Positions 1 through 15,415 of a stretch of 64,000 bases of DNA are shown in pieces (within the stretch, counting starts at the first letter, position 1; each line of letters starts with the position of its first letter). A program made the position numbers and the translations under genes. The notes beneath the pieces were generated by a model. The model was not told the DNA's origin and did not search any database. It saw only the letters and a program-made list of their open reading frames with translations. The stretch covers positions 332,258,001 through 332,322,000 of the forward strand of contig OZ024740.1 in NCBI GenBank assembly GCA_964016885.1. The letters are read 5' to 3'. Source of the stretch: Eledone cirrhosa. Taxonomy: Eukaryota.

Positions 1-81
1 CAGATAAGAAATCTTGCAAAACAAATTCAAACACGAAGTGTATATATATATATATATATATACATAAATATAATTATAAAT

Positions 82-127
<46 letters not shown>

Positions 128-140
128 ATATATATATATA

Positions 141-451
141 TTAAATTAACAGATTACAGTTTAAGCAAAGAATCGCTGCTTTCACCCTTAACGGGATGTT
201 CTGAAACTAAAAAAATCAATCTGTGAACGCAGAAGTAAATATTTCGAAAAACGTTGGAACCGAAGGAAGACAGGAAGACCATATTTTGGTTCGTGGAGAC
301 GTTCCCTGGTGAAAGCAGCGATTCTTTGCTTAAACTTTAATCTGTTATTTTAATAAATATTTGCTCTACGGCTCTACCGTTCTTATATATTTGATATATA
401 TTTATCCTTATCGAGCCCCTTTTGGATTTTAGTCTACAAATTTATTATTAT

Positions 452-455
<4 letters not shown>
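141..455. repeat. (TA)n-flanked dispersed repeat, copy 1, with internal inverted copy of its own start
   Basis: Aligns with 55851-56300. taacagattacagtttaagcaaagaatcgctgctttcacc (147-186) recurs inverted at about 308-348. Confidence 0.8.
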
Positions 456-506
<51 letters not shown>

Positions 507-914
507 TTATATATTTATATACCCACGCTGTCAACGAAAAATATATTTCGTAACGAAAATATTATTTTTCTCTATTTCATTCCGTGAACATACCAGAGAG
601 GGTCAGCAGCAGTCGGTGTTTTCTATTTGATATGTACAAATTAATATTGATCTAGCAATGTCTAAATAGACTATACACTATTTCTATGGCAGTAACCATT
701 GAGGGAATGTCACTAATGAAATATTATCAAATCTCGCCACAGTCTGGCATTCTCGGTTGATATTGAAACGCTGATTCCTGTTCATACAGAAAAAACTATT
801 TTCTTTTGATACGAAAAATATGTTGTTCTCTGGTAGCAAAGATACCAATATGTTAAATATATATGAACAGTATATATCCATATTATGCTTAAATGATATT
901 TTGGTACTACTGCC

Positions 915-1155
<241 letters not shown>

Positions 1156-4100
1156 ACGCTTGATAAATGCTATGCTGCTGTCATTATGAGATAAGGGATA
1201 CAATATTTTATATACAATAGATTAAAGAGCGTATGACAATTACTTCGATATATCTATGTACATAACTAAAATAATTAGGAATAGTAGTAAATCATGTAAC
1301 ATACCGTTGTTATACTCTCCGTTTTGGAAAAAGCTTATGGAAATAAGCAGTTCCGATTTATATATATATATAATTTTAATGTGAAAAGCTAAATATCTGG
1401 AAATGTAACTGACATACGTGTGTAACAATATATCCAAGCAAAATGCATGCTTTGATAATGAACATTAATAATCGAAAGAGTTATCAACATTTTCTTTATT
1501 TTGCCACTTTTCCCGAAACCTAGTAAAAATGTTAATGAAACAAATCACCCGAATGACAAGAATGTTTTCAAAGTTGATACACATTATTCATAGCTTGCAC
1601 GATAAGAATGCGAAGGCAAGGCTGTTTATATTCTTTCAAATGTATCCATAACTCATGTTTATAATGAAGATAATACTTTCTTCGAAAACGCTGGAATATA
1701 TTGTACATGCAGCAAGATAAAATACAGATGTAGTAGATAATAAAATAAATATCTTTAAAAAATACGTTTCTGATAATACAAATATGACATATTTCGCTAT
1801 AAAAACGTATATATTTTGCGGAAATTTATTTTCTTATCGAAATTCATCGATACGTGTTTTATTTTACTATACAAACATTTATACGATGATATGTGGCTGT
1901 TTGTCATTTTCCTGTTTATTTGACATTTATTGACAATGCTTGTATAATATTACTGTCCTGCTACTCCCATGTGTAACCTTTACCCTTTATTAAACGTAGT
2001 TCGCAGAATATCAGAACATTCTTGAATATAATCAATACATTTCTGGTGAAAATATGCAACGTTACACGAATTGTCTCTCTCTTTTTAAAAGTATGGTTTT
2101 TCAGACAGTCAGAATACCAAATACTCTCTAGGTTTTCTCATCATTTCCCTTTTCAAATAATGCTAGTTATTTTTTTTATATTCCCAAACATTTCACACAT
2201 TCAAATATTTTCATATATATTTTTTGTTTTAATATTATTTTGCTCTATCAATACATTTGACGAGGCGGTTGTTCGTCTCACAAGCAGTGGTTGTTTATAT
2301 ATTTTTTATGAAATATAATTCCTTGGTTTCATACATTACTAAGATTTGAATAGAAACCTATGGTGTATTACACATATCAGTAGTCTTTTGTGACGTGTTT
2401 TAACACATTTTCTTCTTACACAGGTACATCACCACACAAGGGTAGATAACTTACTCCAGGGTAATAGGAAGAATTTAATCGAGTCCAGGATAATATTGCT
2501 ACCTTTCTTATTGACCTCGAATATACAGTATCTATATATAAAAAGTTAATCCAATATGAATTTAATGTCAAAATGTAATGTCAAAAATGTAACTATATAG
2601 TGTACGTCCACTGCCGATTATTCCACTTTTATATCTAATACATTATTAATAATCCACACATGACATAACATAATCTATTTTCTTGTTCCTCAAATGTAAT
2701 CATAATTTTCTATTATCCATTGTAGGTGTGGTCTTCGGAATATTTTATTAAATATTTTTTATATTAGATATTTATATTGCAATCTATGAATAATTGACAA
2801 TGAAATCTGAAATATCTTTTCATGATATATATGTATGTATGTATGCGTGTGTGTGTCGTAGCTATAACTATGAATACAGTGAAATACGTAAATATTAATT
2901 TCTCGCACACGTATTATATTCCGAATATTTAATACAATGTCATTTGATTTTATGAGTTGGCTTTGAAGACAACTTCCACTTCCATCGGTATCATCTTTAC
3001 AAACATTTTCATTGGATCATATTATTGGAGTTATTTCCCTTTGTTATGTTTCTAGTTATTGCAAACATTCCCTGTCTATTAAAATTATAGACAGAATCAC
3101 TTAATTGAAATAATACTGCACCTGCATTACTCATGTCTGTCACATTTGCTATACTGAAGGATCTTTCGAAATGATGTACGTGGAGTGGGTGGGGGGATTC
3201 ATCTCAAAATATTAGGAGCCTCTCTAATGCACCTGTATAATGAACACTTATATGCGTAAAAGAAATTACTAGGAACTGAAACATGATTTCTTTCAAATAC
3301 TTGCAAGAAAAGAAACCAAGTTCAAGTCACAAAAAGCACATGCACTTCAGGAGACTCTAGCGGAGTTTACGCTGTTAAATTTATGTTATCTGGTCTTCGA
3401 TCTGTAGAAAACGGCTGTTTTCCTTTTCCTTTCTACACTTGTCATAGGCACTGTAAAATGTCATGTTCTTTCTTCCGTGACTGATCTATAAAATGTATAT
3501 ATTATTGTTGTTGTTGATGTTACATAAGTCTGTGATTCCGCAGTCATTTGTGGATTTGGCATCTATTCTTAAAGGGATCAGTGATAGCCAGGTGGTTCTA
3601 ATTTAAATGTTAAACCGAATGTCGTGTTAGGCATATTACACAGTTTATAAACGTAGTACATTCTTAGTAACAATTTTATCGGCACACGGATATGTGAAAG
3701 TCGATGTCTATCCCGGAAGTATTTGAACACAAAACGTAAAAAGGAGTTTATAAGTACTGCATTCATTTCCTAACACACATCTGTTTTTGTCTTTTACCAC
3801 ATTTCAAAGTTGACATTTCTGTTAAGTTAATATGAAATTTATTCCAGTTATTTGCTAGCCTTTAGTTGTTTAGTCTTCATTGTTAGGTCTCTTTCTGCCA
3901 TCACCTATTCTGCTGAGTGCTAAGAGGAAGAGGAGTTATTTTCTTAGACTAACTGATACATGGATGGAATGCAAAACATTTTATTTATTATAATTACAGG
4001 GAATTAACTCAGATTTGACGTTTAACTTTAATATATCAATTTCAAAACAGGATATTCTTAATATATAAAACAATATATAACATATATAAAACAATATATA

Positions 4101-4231
4101 AAACAATATATAAAACAAATCTTCCTCACCGACTAATTGAGTTCCCTAAGATTTCGTACGTAAACATAATCCCTTTTATCAGACGTTTTATGACGCATGA
4201 CATTAGTACATTTTCATTATTAGAAATCGTA

Positions 4232-4421
4232 CGGCCGTGGATTGGCAGTATCAGTAGTGGGTTGGACGCCATGCGTTGTAGCATAGAGTTACTGCCCTTT
4301 ACGGTCTGAGTTCAAATCCTGCCGAGGTTAAATTTGCCTTTCATCCTTACGGGGTCGATAAAATAAAGTACCAGTAATGCACTGACATAATTGCTGGCCT
4401 TGTGCCAAAAGTAGAAACAAC
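4232..4421 (+). mobile_element. tRNA-derived SINE with Meta/MESC-like central domain
   Basis: B-box-like gagttcaaatcc, core tttgcctttcatccttacggggtcgataaaataaagtaccag. TSD tattagaaat(c/t)gta at 4218-4231 and 4422-4435. Confidence 0.85.
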
Positions 4422-6299
4422 TATTAGAAATTGTATTAAAATACATATCTGCTTAGAAAAACAAGTCACAGTCAATTCTCGTTTGGTATCACTTTTAATG
4501 TTTTGACAATTTATTACCGCATAATGTTAATTGGAGCGTTGTTGTTGCATTGCTGCCTCATGACATAGTTTAGAGCTAAATTTGATATGAAATTACCTTC
4601 TTGATTAATTCATTATGTTATTTGTATTCAACAAATTTAAATGTGTATGGATTTTACACTTTATAAACGTAGTTATATTGTGAATTTTACGAATTCATGA
4701 CAGAATGGATTAATATATTTTGAAACCGGAGGCCTGAGTGATTCAGAGTGAACTCCACTTAAGAAGTCCAATGGCTAGGTAGTGGTGCTAAATCAGGCAA
4801 CGTATTATGTCTACCACCAAATATCTCAGACTATAAAACAGCAAAACATACCGCAAGGCAGTTGACAAGCTCTATGATAATTCTGGTCCTCTAATTTATT
4901 GACTCTAATAAAATAAAGGCAAAGTTGAGCTTGGGTTGGGGAGTCGTAACGAACACTACATGTCATTCTGTCATACACTTCCATAGTCGTGCCAGTTCGG
5001 CGTATTTCGCTGTTCTCCATGTCAATCCCCCGCAAAAACTAATATGTTTTGAAAGGATTTTTAGATTCTGATTTAACGTTCAAATGTACGCCCTAATCAA
5101 TAATTCATGAATATTTAATATATTTGCTTGAACACAAGACAACATATTATAAAACAGGTGATTCTATGCGATTATTAAGTTTCCTTTAAAAAAGTACTTG
5201 CGCCCCGGTCAACCACATCATAAAATGAAAAAGGTTATGTGTGATTTAGTAATAAACCTCTGCCTTATAATACATACTGCATGGTCAATTATGTGCATTA
5301 CACCAATCTTTGTATTTCCTCGCATAGAGAACCAGTAAACACATACACGCGCGCACGCACTCCCCCCTCGCTCCATCACACACACACACAAACACACATA
5401 TACCTTTGTTTAAATCAGTATTCACAATGTCCAATCATCATAGTTATGCACATATAAAGCGCATTCTTTGTAGAATTCACTCTGTCAAATATTAAATATG
5501 AATACTTCAAACATTGGAAAATTATATTTTTTAATACTTGAAACATTACAAATATATAACATTTTGGAATTCATAATATCCTTGTAGGATATATCCCGTA
5601 TTCAATCTAGGAGAACATTATAATATTTTAGGAAATATTCAATAGAGCGAATCGAATTTCTGTTTTTTATTAGTTTATAATATTTAAATCGTTTTCTACT
5701 ATTGTGGTAAAAATGATTATATATTGTTAACAGAACCAGAGTAAATATTTTTGTCTACCTTAGTCATTCATGATGTTCTATGCATTGTCCATTTAGTATT
5801 GTTTTAATTACTCGAATTATATCAGTTTTCATTCATTTCTAACATAATGGTAAGTTATTCTTTCTGAAGAACACCACGCATCGATAATCTAAATCGCTCC
5901 AATTTCAGGATTTTCTTTGATCCCAAAGCCAATAAAATTTAATAAGCGCCTCTAATTACTATTAAAAAAATCAAGTGGACTTCTATGATATTGATTATCT
6001 AATGATAATTAGATTCATTGATTTCTAATACAATACAATAGATTTAGACCGGTATTACAATCAAAGTAGATCGACGAATCGCGTGTATACATATAATATA
6101 GAATAATGATTTCCAGGCAAAGCGAAAATAAAATAAAGAAAATCAGAAGCAAATATATCTAATTATATTCTGAACATACTTCACAAAAAGCAACAGGTCA
6201 CAAAAAATATTTCCTACTGAAAATTCTATTAGAAGTGGCGTTTAAGTAGTATATCAACAATAGTTAGATATTTAATTTGAATTGGTGTCATTTATCTTG

Positions 6300-6338
<39 letters not shown>

Positions 6339-6554
6339 GAATGCCATGGTTGACGGAGGCTCGGCTCTGTAAGGTATAGTAATTTTTAACCGCTATAACA
6401 ATTGTAAATTGTTTAAAACTTGAACCAAATTGTAGATAAAAACACCCTCCTCCTGGTGAGAATGGTCTTTCTGCCCGTTATTTGGCCCTTCGAGGTTAAA
6501 TAACCGCTTATTGGGGTTTTGTGACAAATATTCATTTTAAACCGTAAAAAAAAC

Positions 6555-8130
6555 ATGGCTACAAAAAAGAATTTTCACAAGTCACTCCCACTCTTTCCGT
6601 CTTCTTCTTCCTCAATCGTCATTACATCAGAGAGAAGATTGTCTCTCTCCCTCCCTTCTCTAAATGTGGTGTCGTCTCTTTCGCAAGCGACGCCATTAAA
6701 GAAAAAGAAAATATAGTTTCTGGTAGCTTTCACCAAGAGAACGTGCATACCGTGGAACATTTCTCCACGACGACAACAACGACGAAATATGAGTGCGGTA
6801 AATACGGAAAGCCATTTCATTTGTCTGACGTCATGAAGAATAGCAGCAGCAGCCATAATAACAGCAGCAGCAGCAACAGTGACAAGGAAAACACTAGTAG
6901 CAGCCGCAACAACAACAGCAGCAGCAACTGCACCAACAACAGCAGCAGCAGCAGCAGCAGCAGCAACAAAAACCACAACAACAGCGGCGGCGGTGGTCGT
7001 AGTACCACCAGCAACAACAACAAAAGTAACAGCAGCACTGACGACAACAATAACAACAACAAGAAAGAAATACCAATCTCGTTTGCAGGTATCGCAAAGA
7101 ACCTGGAAACCATCCTAATAACAAATGAGGAATTACAGGAAGCAAAGAAGATGGTGTCGAAAACCGGACACCAATCAATCTGCAAGGCAGCCGAAAACTT
7201 TTTCGCAACCCAACAGCACTGTACAGTAAGCACAAAATCACGTAGAGTTGAAAGAGCCACAGAGGCTCAAATACAAAAAGCCTTAGGAAAACGCATATCA
7301 CCCGAGGCAAGAAATATGCCACCGTGAACGTGCTTTTGGCCACACCCCAGGAGGCAAAGGCTCAATCCTTAGTGACCCTAAGGAGCGAGGAAATGGTGTT
7401 GGTGCCCTCCTACTGCGAGCAAAAAATTGTTAGGGTCAAACTGACTTACGCCCCCCCCCCCGGGATGGCCCCTTCTTGGCTGGCCGCATCTGTCCTCGTC
7501 GGAATCGAGAACAAAACAACTATACTGCAAGTACAGAAAAAGTACGAGAAGATTGGGTCGGCACCTCCATTGAGATGTTAATTCAAACCAACCAGGAGTG
7601 CATCGAAACTATCCTGGATGTGATAGACTTCGATAACGGCACTCAACTTCCCATAAGTGTTGAGGGCAAACGCCCGAAATTCTTTCGCTGTGGGTCGAAG
7701 ACTCACCTCACGGCCTTCTGCAACGAGAAGACCCTGAGAAAGGAGTACACCCCCCTCCTTCGGAAACCAGCTCCAATGCTACCAGCAACAGGACAGGCGG
7801 AAAGCAGGAAGCATAGGTCCGTGGCACCCATACCCACGTCACGGAAATCAAGAACACCAGCAGCAGTGGAAGTATTAACAACAACAACAGTAATACCAAC
7901 TGCAGATGCAACAGAGACTCCACTGCAACCATCACCAACAAGAACAAGTGAAAGAGTGGAGCTGGTACCCCTCCCCGACCTCACAGAATCGGACTTGGAG
8001 TGTGAAGTGGGAGAGGGATGGCAAAAGGTAGCAAGACGACCAGCCGAAGGGACGATTCAACGGTCCCTTCACCAGACGATCAAGTAAAAAGGGATGGAGA
8101 AACCATCCTTCCTCTACGAGAAGTAAGGTA
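6555..8130 (+). pseudogene. Tx1 ORF1 (gag-like), frameshifted
   Basis: Fragments 6743-7327, 7324-7581, 7476-8087. S/N-rich triplet region and a zinc knuckle with the first Cys lost (RPKFFRCGSKTHLTAFC). Start position uncertain. Confidence 0.7.
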
Positions 8131-8165
8131 AGTCGTCTTTCCCATCTTTTCCACTCGATTTCAAC

Positions 8166-11100
8166 ATGACCTCACTCAGAATAGGCAGCATAAAGGCGCG
8201 TGGCTTGGGGTCGTAATGGATGCAGGGCCACCTGCTCAACGACCTCAGGTCACTAAACATAGATGTAGTGGCCATCAGCGAGACCAGAATCTCCGAAGCA
8301 CGGGTCTTCGCACCGATCTTCGGCGGCTACGATGTGTACGCATCTCCCAGCTGTCCTGGATCGGGGCGAGGAGTTGCTGTAATTTTTCGGAGAGGTTTGG
8401 ATCTCGCCATACGGGCCATCTTCCTGGACCCAGAGGGTAAGCTGGTGGTGCTAGACGTGACCAGCGGAGACGGGCAAGCTTTCAGGCTAGTGGCCGTCTA
8501 TGCCCCGACAGGAGCAGGGCGGCCTGATTCTTCCGGCGTCTGGAGACCTTTCTAAGAACGTCCCGCTCTTTAGTGTTAGTGGCCGACGGGAACGGGATCT
8601 TAGATGCACGCTGGGACTGTGTGGATTTAGCGGATAGGGGAGGAGGGTGCAAGAGCCTCACCAACCTGCTCAGACGTTTTGAACTGTCTGACAGGTACCG
8701 ATGGGATTTCCCGAATGTGCCAATGTGGACTTGGACAAACCGTATCGGGTCATCTGGATCATATCTAGATAGAGTACTTTGTAGGCAAATAGATAGGTCT
8801 AGCATAGGCTGTCCACAATTCAAGACAGTCAGCTACACGGACCACACATTCGTGATCTGTGTGCTTGACTTAGATAGGCTCATAGACGAGGACCCGGCTA
8901 CTGGAATCTAAACGCGTCCTTACCAGCGCCTACAGAGACCGGCCTAGCCTACAGAGACCGGATTAGCAAACTAGTTAAGCGAGCGTTGACGAGTGCCATC
9001 GTCAACAACAATTGATGGTTTGCTCTGAAAAGAGCGATTAGAATAGAGTCCATTAGGTTTTAGTAAGGCTTTAGCTATAGAGAAAATAGAGCAGAGGGAG
9101 AACTAGTTAGTAAATTAGACGAGGCGATTAGCAAAGACCGTCGTACTTGCGGCGAAATTAGCCTTTGCCCAATTCTTCAATGCAAAGCACGAAGGCTGCG
9201 TTGTAAGAGCTAGAGGTCGTGCTCTCAGACACGAGGGGACGAAAGCCGATCAATGGGCCCGAGTGGCGACGGCGCGTCGTCGCAACAAAGCCACGAACCG
9301 GTATTTGGTGGACCACGACGGGCGCATGCTTCTCGATCCCGGGCAAATGTGTGAAGCTTTTAAACGACACTTCGCTCAGCTGTTCGGGATGAAGCGGCGG
9401 GCCGGGTCGAGGGATGAACTTTAGTGTCTACCTCGACGGACTGCCGCAGCTCTCGGCCACTGAGGCAGAGTGTTGCGAAAAGCCGATAACAGCCGCTGAA
9501 GTACGGGAAGCAATGACGGGCTGCACAAGGGGTAAATCGCCTGGTTTGGATGGTCTGCCCCATGAACTTTACGTACAGATGCCAGACTTGTTCAGAGGCC
9601 TCTTGGCGGACGTCTACTGCAACTGGCAACAGAACGGGAGAATTCCCAGCTCTGTGAGCCGAGGAGCGGTGGCGGTGCTGAGAAAGGATCCGAACAAGGG
9701 GGATAACATAGATAATTGCAGGCCCATAACGCTGCTAAACACAGAGTTCAAGATTTTGGCCAAGGTGCTAGCAAAGAGGTTGGCGCTTGTCGTTGGTTGT
9801 CTGGTGGGAGAGGCGCAGGCATGCGCTATTCCCGACAGATCCATCCACGACAACCTCCACCTCATGCGATACATCGTAGAGATGGTAGCTAGGGAACCTG
9901 GCACGGGTGTGTCTTTGATCAATTTAGATCAGTCGAAAGCTTTCGACAGGTTCGACCATCGTTACCTAGTGGCAGTCCTGAAGGAGGCTGGCTTTGGGCC
10001 CGTCTTCAGAGGCTGGGTCGCTGCCATGCACAGCGACATCTGCTCTGTGAACGGTCACCTTTCGAAACCGTTTAATATCATGCGATCGGTCCGCGAAGGA
10101 TGTCCCCTCTCGTCCCTCTTGTACGTATTGACTCTCGAGCCATTACTGCACAAACTGGAGACATTGAGGTGGGGTCCCGCGCGAACTAGGATGCGGAAGA
10201 TCCGTGTCAGCATATGCGGACGATGTCACCGTAGTGGTGTCGAACGCCAAACACATTCAGGCGATCGGCACTACACTAAGAGAATACGAAGCGGTGACAG
10301 GAGCAATGATCAACCAGGAAAAGTCAGTGGGCCTGCAGCTTGGCCCCTGGAGAGGCAGGTCCATGCCGTCTAACAGCATCGTCGGGCGCTGGACGGACGG
10401 ACCGGTTAAATTGCTAGGGGTCTGGTTCGGTCCGGTCCTCCAGACGGACAAAAACTGGGACGAGGTGACGAGCAGGGTGGATTCTCTTACCCAGAAATGT
10501 ACCGAGAGGCAGCTATCCCTGAAAGGTCGAGCGGAGGTGGCTAACGCGTACATCCCGTCCGTCATCTAGTACTGCCTGACCGTCGTTCTTGTCCTAAGTT
10601 CCGCCTGACTCCGCTGGAGCGTTTGCTCTTTCGCTTTTTGTGGAAGGGCTGGGATTGCCGTGGCAGATGATGCGCAGACACGCCCTCAAGCTTTTTTTGT
10701 GTAAGTGCTGAGCATGCCGTGGCTGATGATGCGCAGACACGCGCTCAGGCTACGACATCTCCACCTCTCTCCCGACGGTGATCAGGTGTGGTCGCCGTTT
10801 GCTAGACGCGTCTTTCCCCAGCTCGTCACCTTGACGGAGCTGCAGTCCTGGGTCAAGCGAAGACCGAGAGGGAGCGCTTGTAGTCTGGAATGTCTTTAGG
10901 CGCTCACAGCCCCCGACCAATCGGGCAATGTGATCGGTTGAAACTCCACCTCGACGTTCTATAGATGATTAGTAGAGGGGAAGAGCGACGACGTACTTGG
11001 GGAAACTCTAGGGGTCGACGAAAATCAACTAGCCAATCTCTTCAGAAGAACTTTCGGGCCATGGTCTATGGACAACTTCCAGAAATCCCTGGCCTGGCAG

Positions 11101-11585
11101 TGCTACCGAGGAGCTTTGCCAGTTCGGGATAAACTCTACAGGCATGGAGGTGCCGTCAGCCGCGGGAATGTCCGAGATGCGCGCAGGGCGACGAAACCGT
11201 CCTGCACGCCCTCGTCCACTGTCCGAGCATTGCTGACTTGTGGGTTTATGTCGAATACCTGCTGTCGCGTGTAGGACGGATCCGGCTATCAGCTGAGTTC
11301 ATTCTGAGGATTGCCCCGCCCTCTTCCTTTAGCCGGGAAGGGCAGGCAATGTTTCTCAGTCTGGTGGCCATGGCGAAAGAGATAGTATGGTGGACACGTT
11401 TGAAAGGGCTGAAGACGAGCACTTACCTCTTCGGTGACGCCCTGATTAACTTTCTCAAATTTCATTTGAAAAGGAAAATCAGGGTAGAGAGGGAAGTGCT
11501 CTCTTTCCAGCATTTTGTTGAAAAATGGGTAAGAGAAGCAAGTATGGCTCGAGTGAATGGGCCTACTCTGAGTATGTGTCTGTAA
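8166..11585 (+). pseudogene. Tx1 ORF2: apurinic endonuclease + reverse transcriptase + C-terminal zinc finger, with stops and frameshifts
   Basis: MTSLRIGSIKARGL, ISETR, VAVYAP, SYLDRV, YTDH (APE); KSPGLDG, RPITLLNTEFKILAK, DQSKAFD, GCPLS, YADD (RT); CPRC..ETV.H...HC region. Confidence 0.92.
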
Positions 11586-11833
11586 ATTAAAGGTGGAAAA
11601 CTGGGAGAGGGCACTTGCCCTGGTGGTCAGGGTCACTGTGGCCTTTTAATGGGCTTTCTCCACAAATGTCCCTCGGAAGTCTCCCCCCTATTGGGGAATT
11701 TTTCATTGTTTTTTTTGTTACATCCTCTGTTCTTCTTTTTTTACACGCAGAAATGCCCATTTGTACTGTCCTGTATTGTCCTGCACTGTCCTTAATGTCT
11801 ACTTTATGTAAACCCTTGTGGTTAATAAAGAAA

Positions 11834-11877
<44 letters not shown>

Positions 11878-12699
11878 GTTGGTACTGAAATACGTATCAA
11901 TTTTTTCCATCCTCGTAAGTTTTAAACATATTTTAAAATTTGCTTTCTTTGAGTTTTGTTTTCGTTAATATTTTAGTTCTGGTAGAATGTGAAGCAAGCA
12001 ACCCCCAGAAGACACTACTTAGCTTTAAATATTTCTTGTCCATAAGGACACAAATCTCAAAAAATACTTTTGGTTTTTGTTTTCAAATCCATGAGCAGAA
12101 TATAACGTTATAGCTTTAATTTCAAACAGTCTCAGCTCTCCCATTGCGGTTTCCACCATAACACAGCAATAATAACAGCAACAACCAAATTTGTGATGCC
12201 AGAGTTAGCTATTTCAAAAGCTACAAAGGAGATACTAGCTACAAGAAGAAAAAACAACAACAACAAAAGCAATATCAAAAACAACAAACAACAGTATCCG
12301 CAGCTACAACAACAATGACAGCGATGGCATGTCAGTCAGTCAGCCAAATAAAAAGTTAGCTATCTCTCCTGCTGTCAAAGCAAGCTCAAGAAATGACAAC
12401 AATGACAGTCAATACATCATGCACCTCACCACCATCACAACCCGAAAGGACGAAACAATTTCATCAACCTAAAGCATTAACAAAACCACAACCACCATGG
12501 CCACCACCTCAACAGCAATATGAAAACTAGCACTTCAAGGAACACTAGTATTTCTAATTCAACCTATGGCAGTGGAAGCCACCGATGTTACAGCCAACCA
12601 GCTGCGAAGGGAATTACCTTTGTGAGCGTTGCAAACACATGAAAACCTTTAAAATTTGAATGACACTATTGTTTTTGTTTTTTAAATAGAGAGGAAAAT

Positions 12700-14430
12700 G
12701 GCCCTGAATAACCTGATATAATTGAACACTCTCAGCAATGCAAGGTGACATATCGCTGAATCGGAGCAGAATTATGTCGAATAACGCAACCAACCAAGGA
12801 AATAATTTTAAAATGGATCGACTCTATGTGGAAACGCAAACCTATATCAGCTGAGGAAGGATATATGGAATAGTGGATGTTGGTTTACCAAAATAACAGA
12901 AGCAAAATTTGAGTCATTGACACCTCTGAAGTGTGAGGATCTAATACTAGTCCTCTCCTATTTCGGTCATATATAAGTACCACCCGAGAAGCCCATCCCT
13001 TGGCTGATAGTGACTGCCCTTACTGATATAGAAGAGGACACAAGATGATAAGACGAAGGAATCTGATTGGGATTGGGATGGAAGTTCTTATCCAAAGAAG
13101 CAAGTAGTGTGCTGTGGCCATCCTTGCCCATATAGATCTCCCAAACGGAATTAATTTGCCTCTTACTGTAGGCGGTAGAAAGGCACGTCATGCATATCAT
13201 GGCGTAACCCACAAAACATTCTCTTCACACAGTTGGGACAAAAGGAAGAAAGGCAATCATATTTCACATCACATCATCAATGAGGCACAAACTCCGAAGC
13301 AGCTGCGAACACAGGGATTGCAATAGCAATTTTCAGACATGGTCTGTGATTGGCAGGCTGTCTTTAAAAAATGGAGAAGGGACGAAAAATAAAAACAGAA
13401 CAAAAGCTGCCCTACAAAAATGTGGGGAGCAGAAAATTCACAAGCTAAATAAAAACAGTCATTTCATACTCACGACAAAACCCACAGCCACTCCACTCAA
13501 AGCCAATACTACAAACGTCACCGCAAACGAAAGCACAACCCAATTCGAACCAGCATCGACATAAATATCATCACCCGCAACAAAAGCATAGAATACAACA
13601 TACATATATTTAGCATATCAACACCAAAATGTTAAAGCACCGCAAAACACCTTAGAGATATCCGAGGTACCAGGAATAAACTGTTCTACAAAATCTTATG
13701 ATGGAAAAACCAACATTTAAGCCTAATAAAATCAGTGGCCCTCCTCATTTTCTTCCTCTTTATCTACCATGGCCTTACCATAATAGGCAGACTGAATGCA
13801 CGTGGACGTGGATAACGTTGGGAGCAAAGTCACCTGCTGAACGAAAACAGGTCACTAAACATTGAGGAACCATGATAATCTCAGAAATTTGCTCAATTTC
13901 TCTGGATGATTGGCGGGTTAGATCACCGGACGGATGTCAGCGCATATTTCGCTGACTTCACTCGACTCCTTGGCAACGGAGTTATCGTATTGCAGAAAGC
14001 CGATAACAACCATTGAAATACGAGGAACATATAGCTAATCACCTGCTCAATGATCTTTACACTTATATGAAAGCATATACTACGACCTCTTGGCATATGT
14101 CCACTCTAACTGACGGTTACACGTGTGAATCCAGGTTGCGGTGAGCCATGGAGAAGTGAGGTTGCAGAGAAAATATCGAAACAAGTGAGATGAAATTGAC
14201 AATTTTTACTTATGACTTTGCTAAACGGAAAGTTCATGATTTTGACCAAGGTGTTAGCAAAAACAATTGCACTTGCCAATGATCTGATTGGGATGTGCAG
14301 TTATATGCTATGCAGAACAGAGTCATCCATGAAAACCTCCACCCCAAGAAGAATATCGTAGAGAGGGAGAGGAAAGAACAGTGCACGTGTGGGGCCAGGA
14401 TAAATTTAGATGAATCGAAAGTTTTCGAGA
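12700..14430 (+). mobile_element. Older, internally deleted Tx1 relative
   Basis: IDLPNGINLPLTVGGRK (ORF 13114) parallels IDFDNGTQLPISVEGKR of ORF1. About 13770-13865 parallels the ORF2 start. About 14220-14430 parallels FKILAKVLA..IHDNLH..INLDQSKAF. Confidence 0.7.
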
Positions 14431-15277
14431 AGTACTATTAACAGCTATTTTCCAATTTGTTTCTAGAAACGATAAGGGAGTGTGTTGCACTAAGTCTTAA
14501 TATAGTTTTGTTAATTAAAGTGTGAGAGCAAGCATTTACGCCCCTTGGCTTCCCTGAAAATGATGTACCATCGCAGCAATAATTATTTATTTAATTTTTA
14601 ATTAAGTGACAGATATGACGATTCAGTATCTATGATTAAACACACTCTCACACACCCTCACACAAGGTAATAAGGTTTGTATGTTCAATGATCAGATTCT
14701 GAATGCTGATTACAGGGAAAAAAGATGACAGAGAATGTGTTAGAGAATGTTATTATTATGGAGTGAAAGTGTTGCCAAAACACAGTGTTGGAAGATTAGT
14801 AATCACGAAAATAGAAACATTATTAGCATTAGATGAGCTTCACTGTGGGAATATGCAAGGGCTTAGTTCAAAATATGAAACCTCGAATTAGTTGTAGAGA
14901 TTAATGATGGATTAATGATGGATCTTCAGTCGGTATCGATGAGGAGCAATCTGGTGTTCGAGTAACTGAAAGTTCCACTCGTGAATGAACGTTCAATTAC
15001 CTTGAGTATTCAACAGACACAGGTAATGGTAATGCAATTCTAGGCAGTTTTAGCACGACGTAATATATGTAACTACTTGAAATTTTAAGTTTACTCAATT
15101 TATCTCGAAATACAAGGGCTCAACCTTAATGTATATAAACCACTCCCACATGTCTGCATATAGAAAAGGCTAAGTGAAAGATTTAGAAACGTGGGATATT
15201 AATCAGTGGACTAATTTCAATTGGAAAAAACGCTAACACATACGATGAGACAGTTGCCGAGATCCTTGAATATATAC

Positions 15278-15376
<99 letters not shown>

Positions 15377-15415
15377 AGAGTATTGAAGTTTGCTTGAAGC
15401 ATTGTGGAATAATAA

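Larger units (their letters stand above)
6339..11835 (+). mobile_element. Near full-length Tx1/L1-clade non-LTR retrotransposon (disrupted)
   Basis: ORF1 remnants, APE-RT-zinc finger ORF2, 3' UTR with AATAAA at 11824. (TTA)n on both sides (6301-6338, 11836-11877). Confidence 0.9.

Noticed and set aside
1975-2050. Possible minus-strand exon (cag..gtaaag)
   Set aside because: Peptide does not resemble the expected next iGluR segment (GxNITGF).
6575-7343. Poly-A, poly-L and poly-C ORFs
   Set aside because: Alternative frames of the CAG/CAA tract in Tx1 ORF1.
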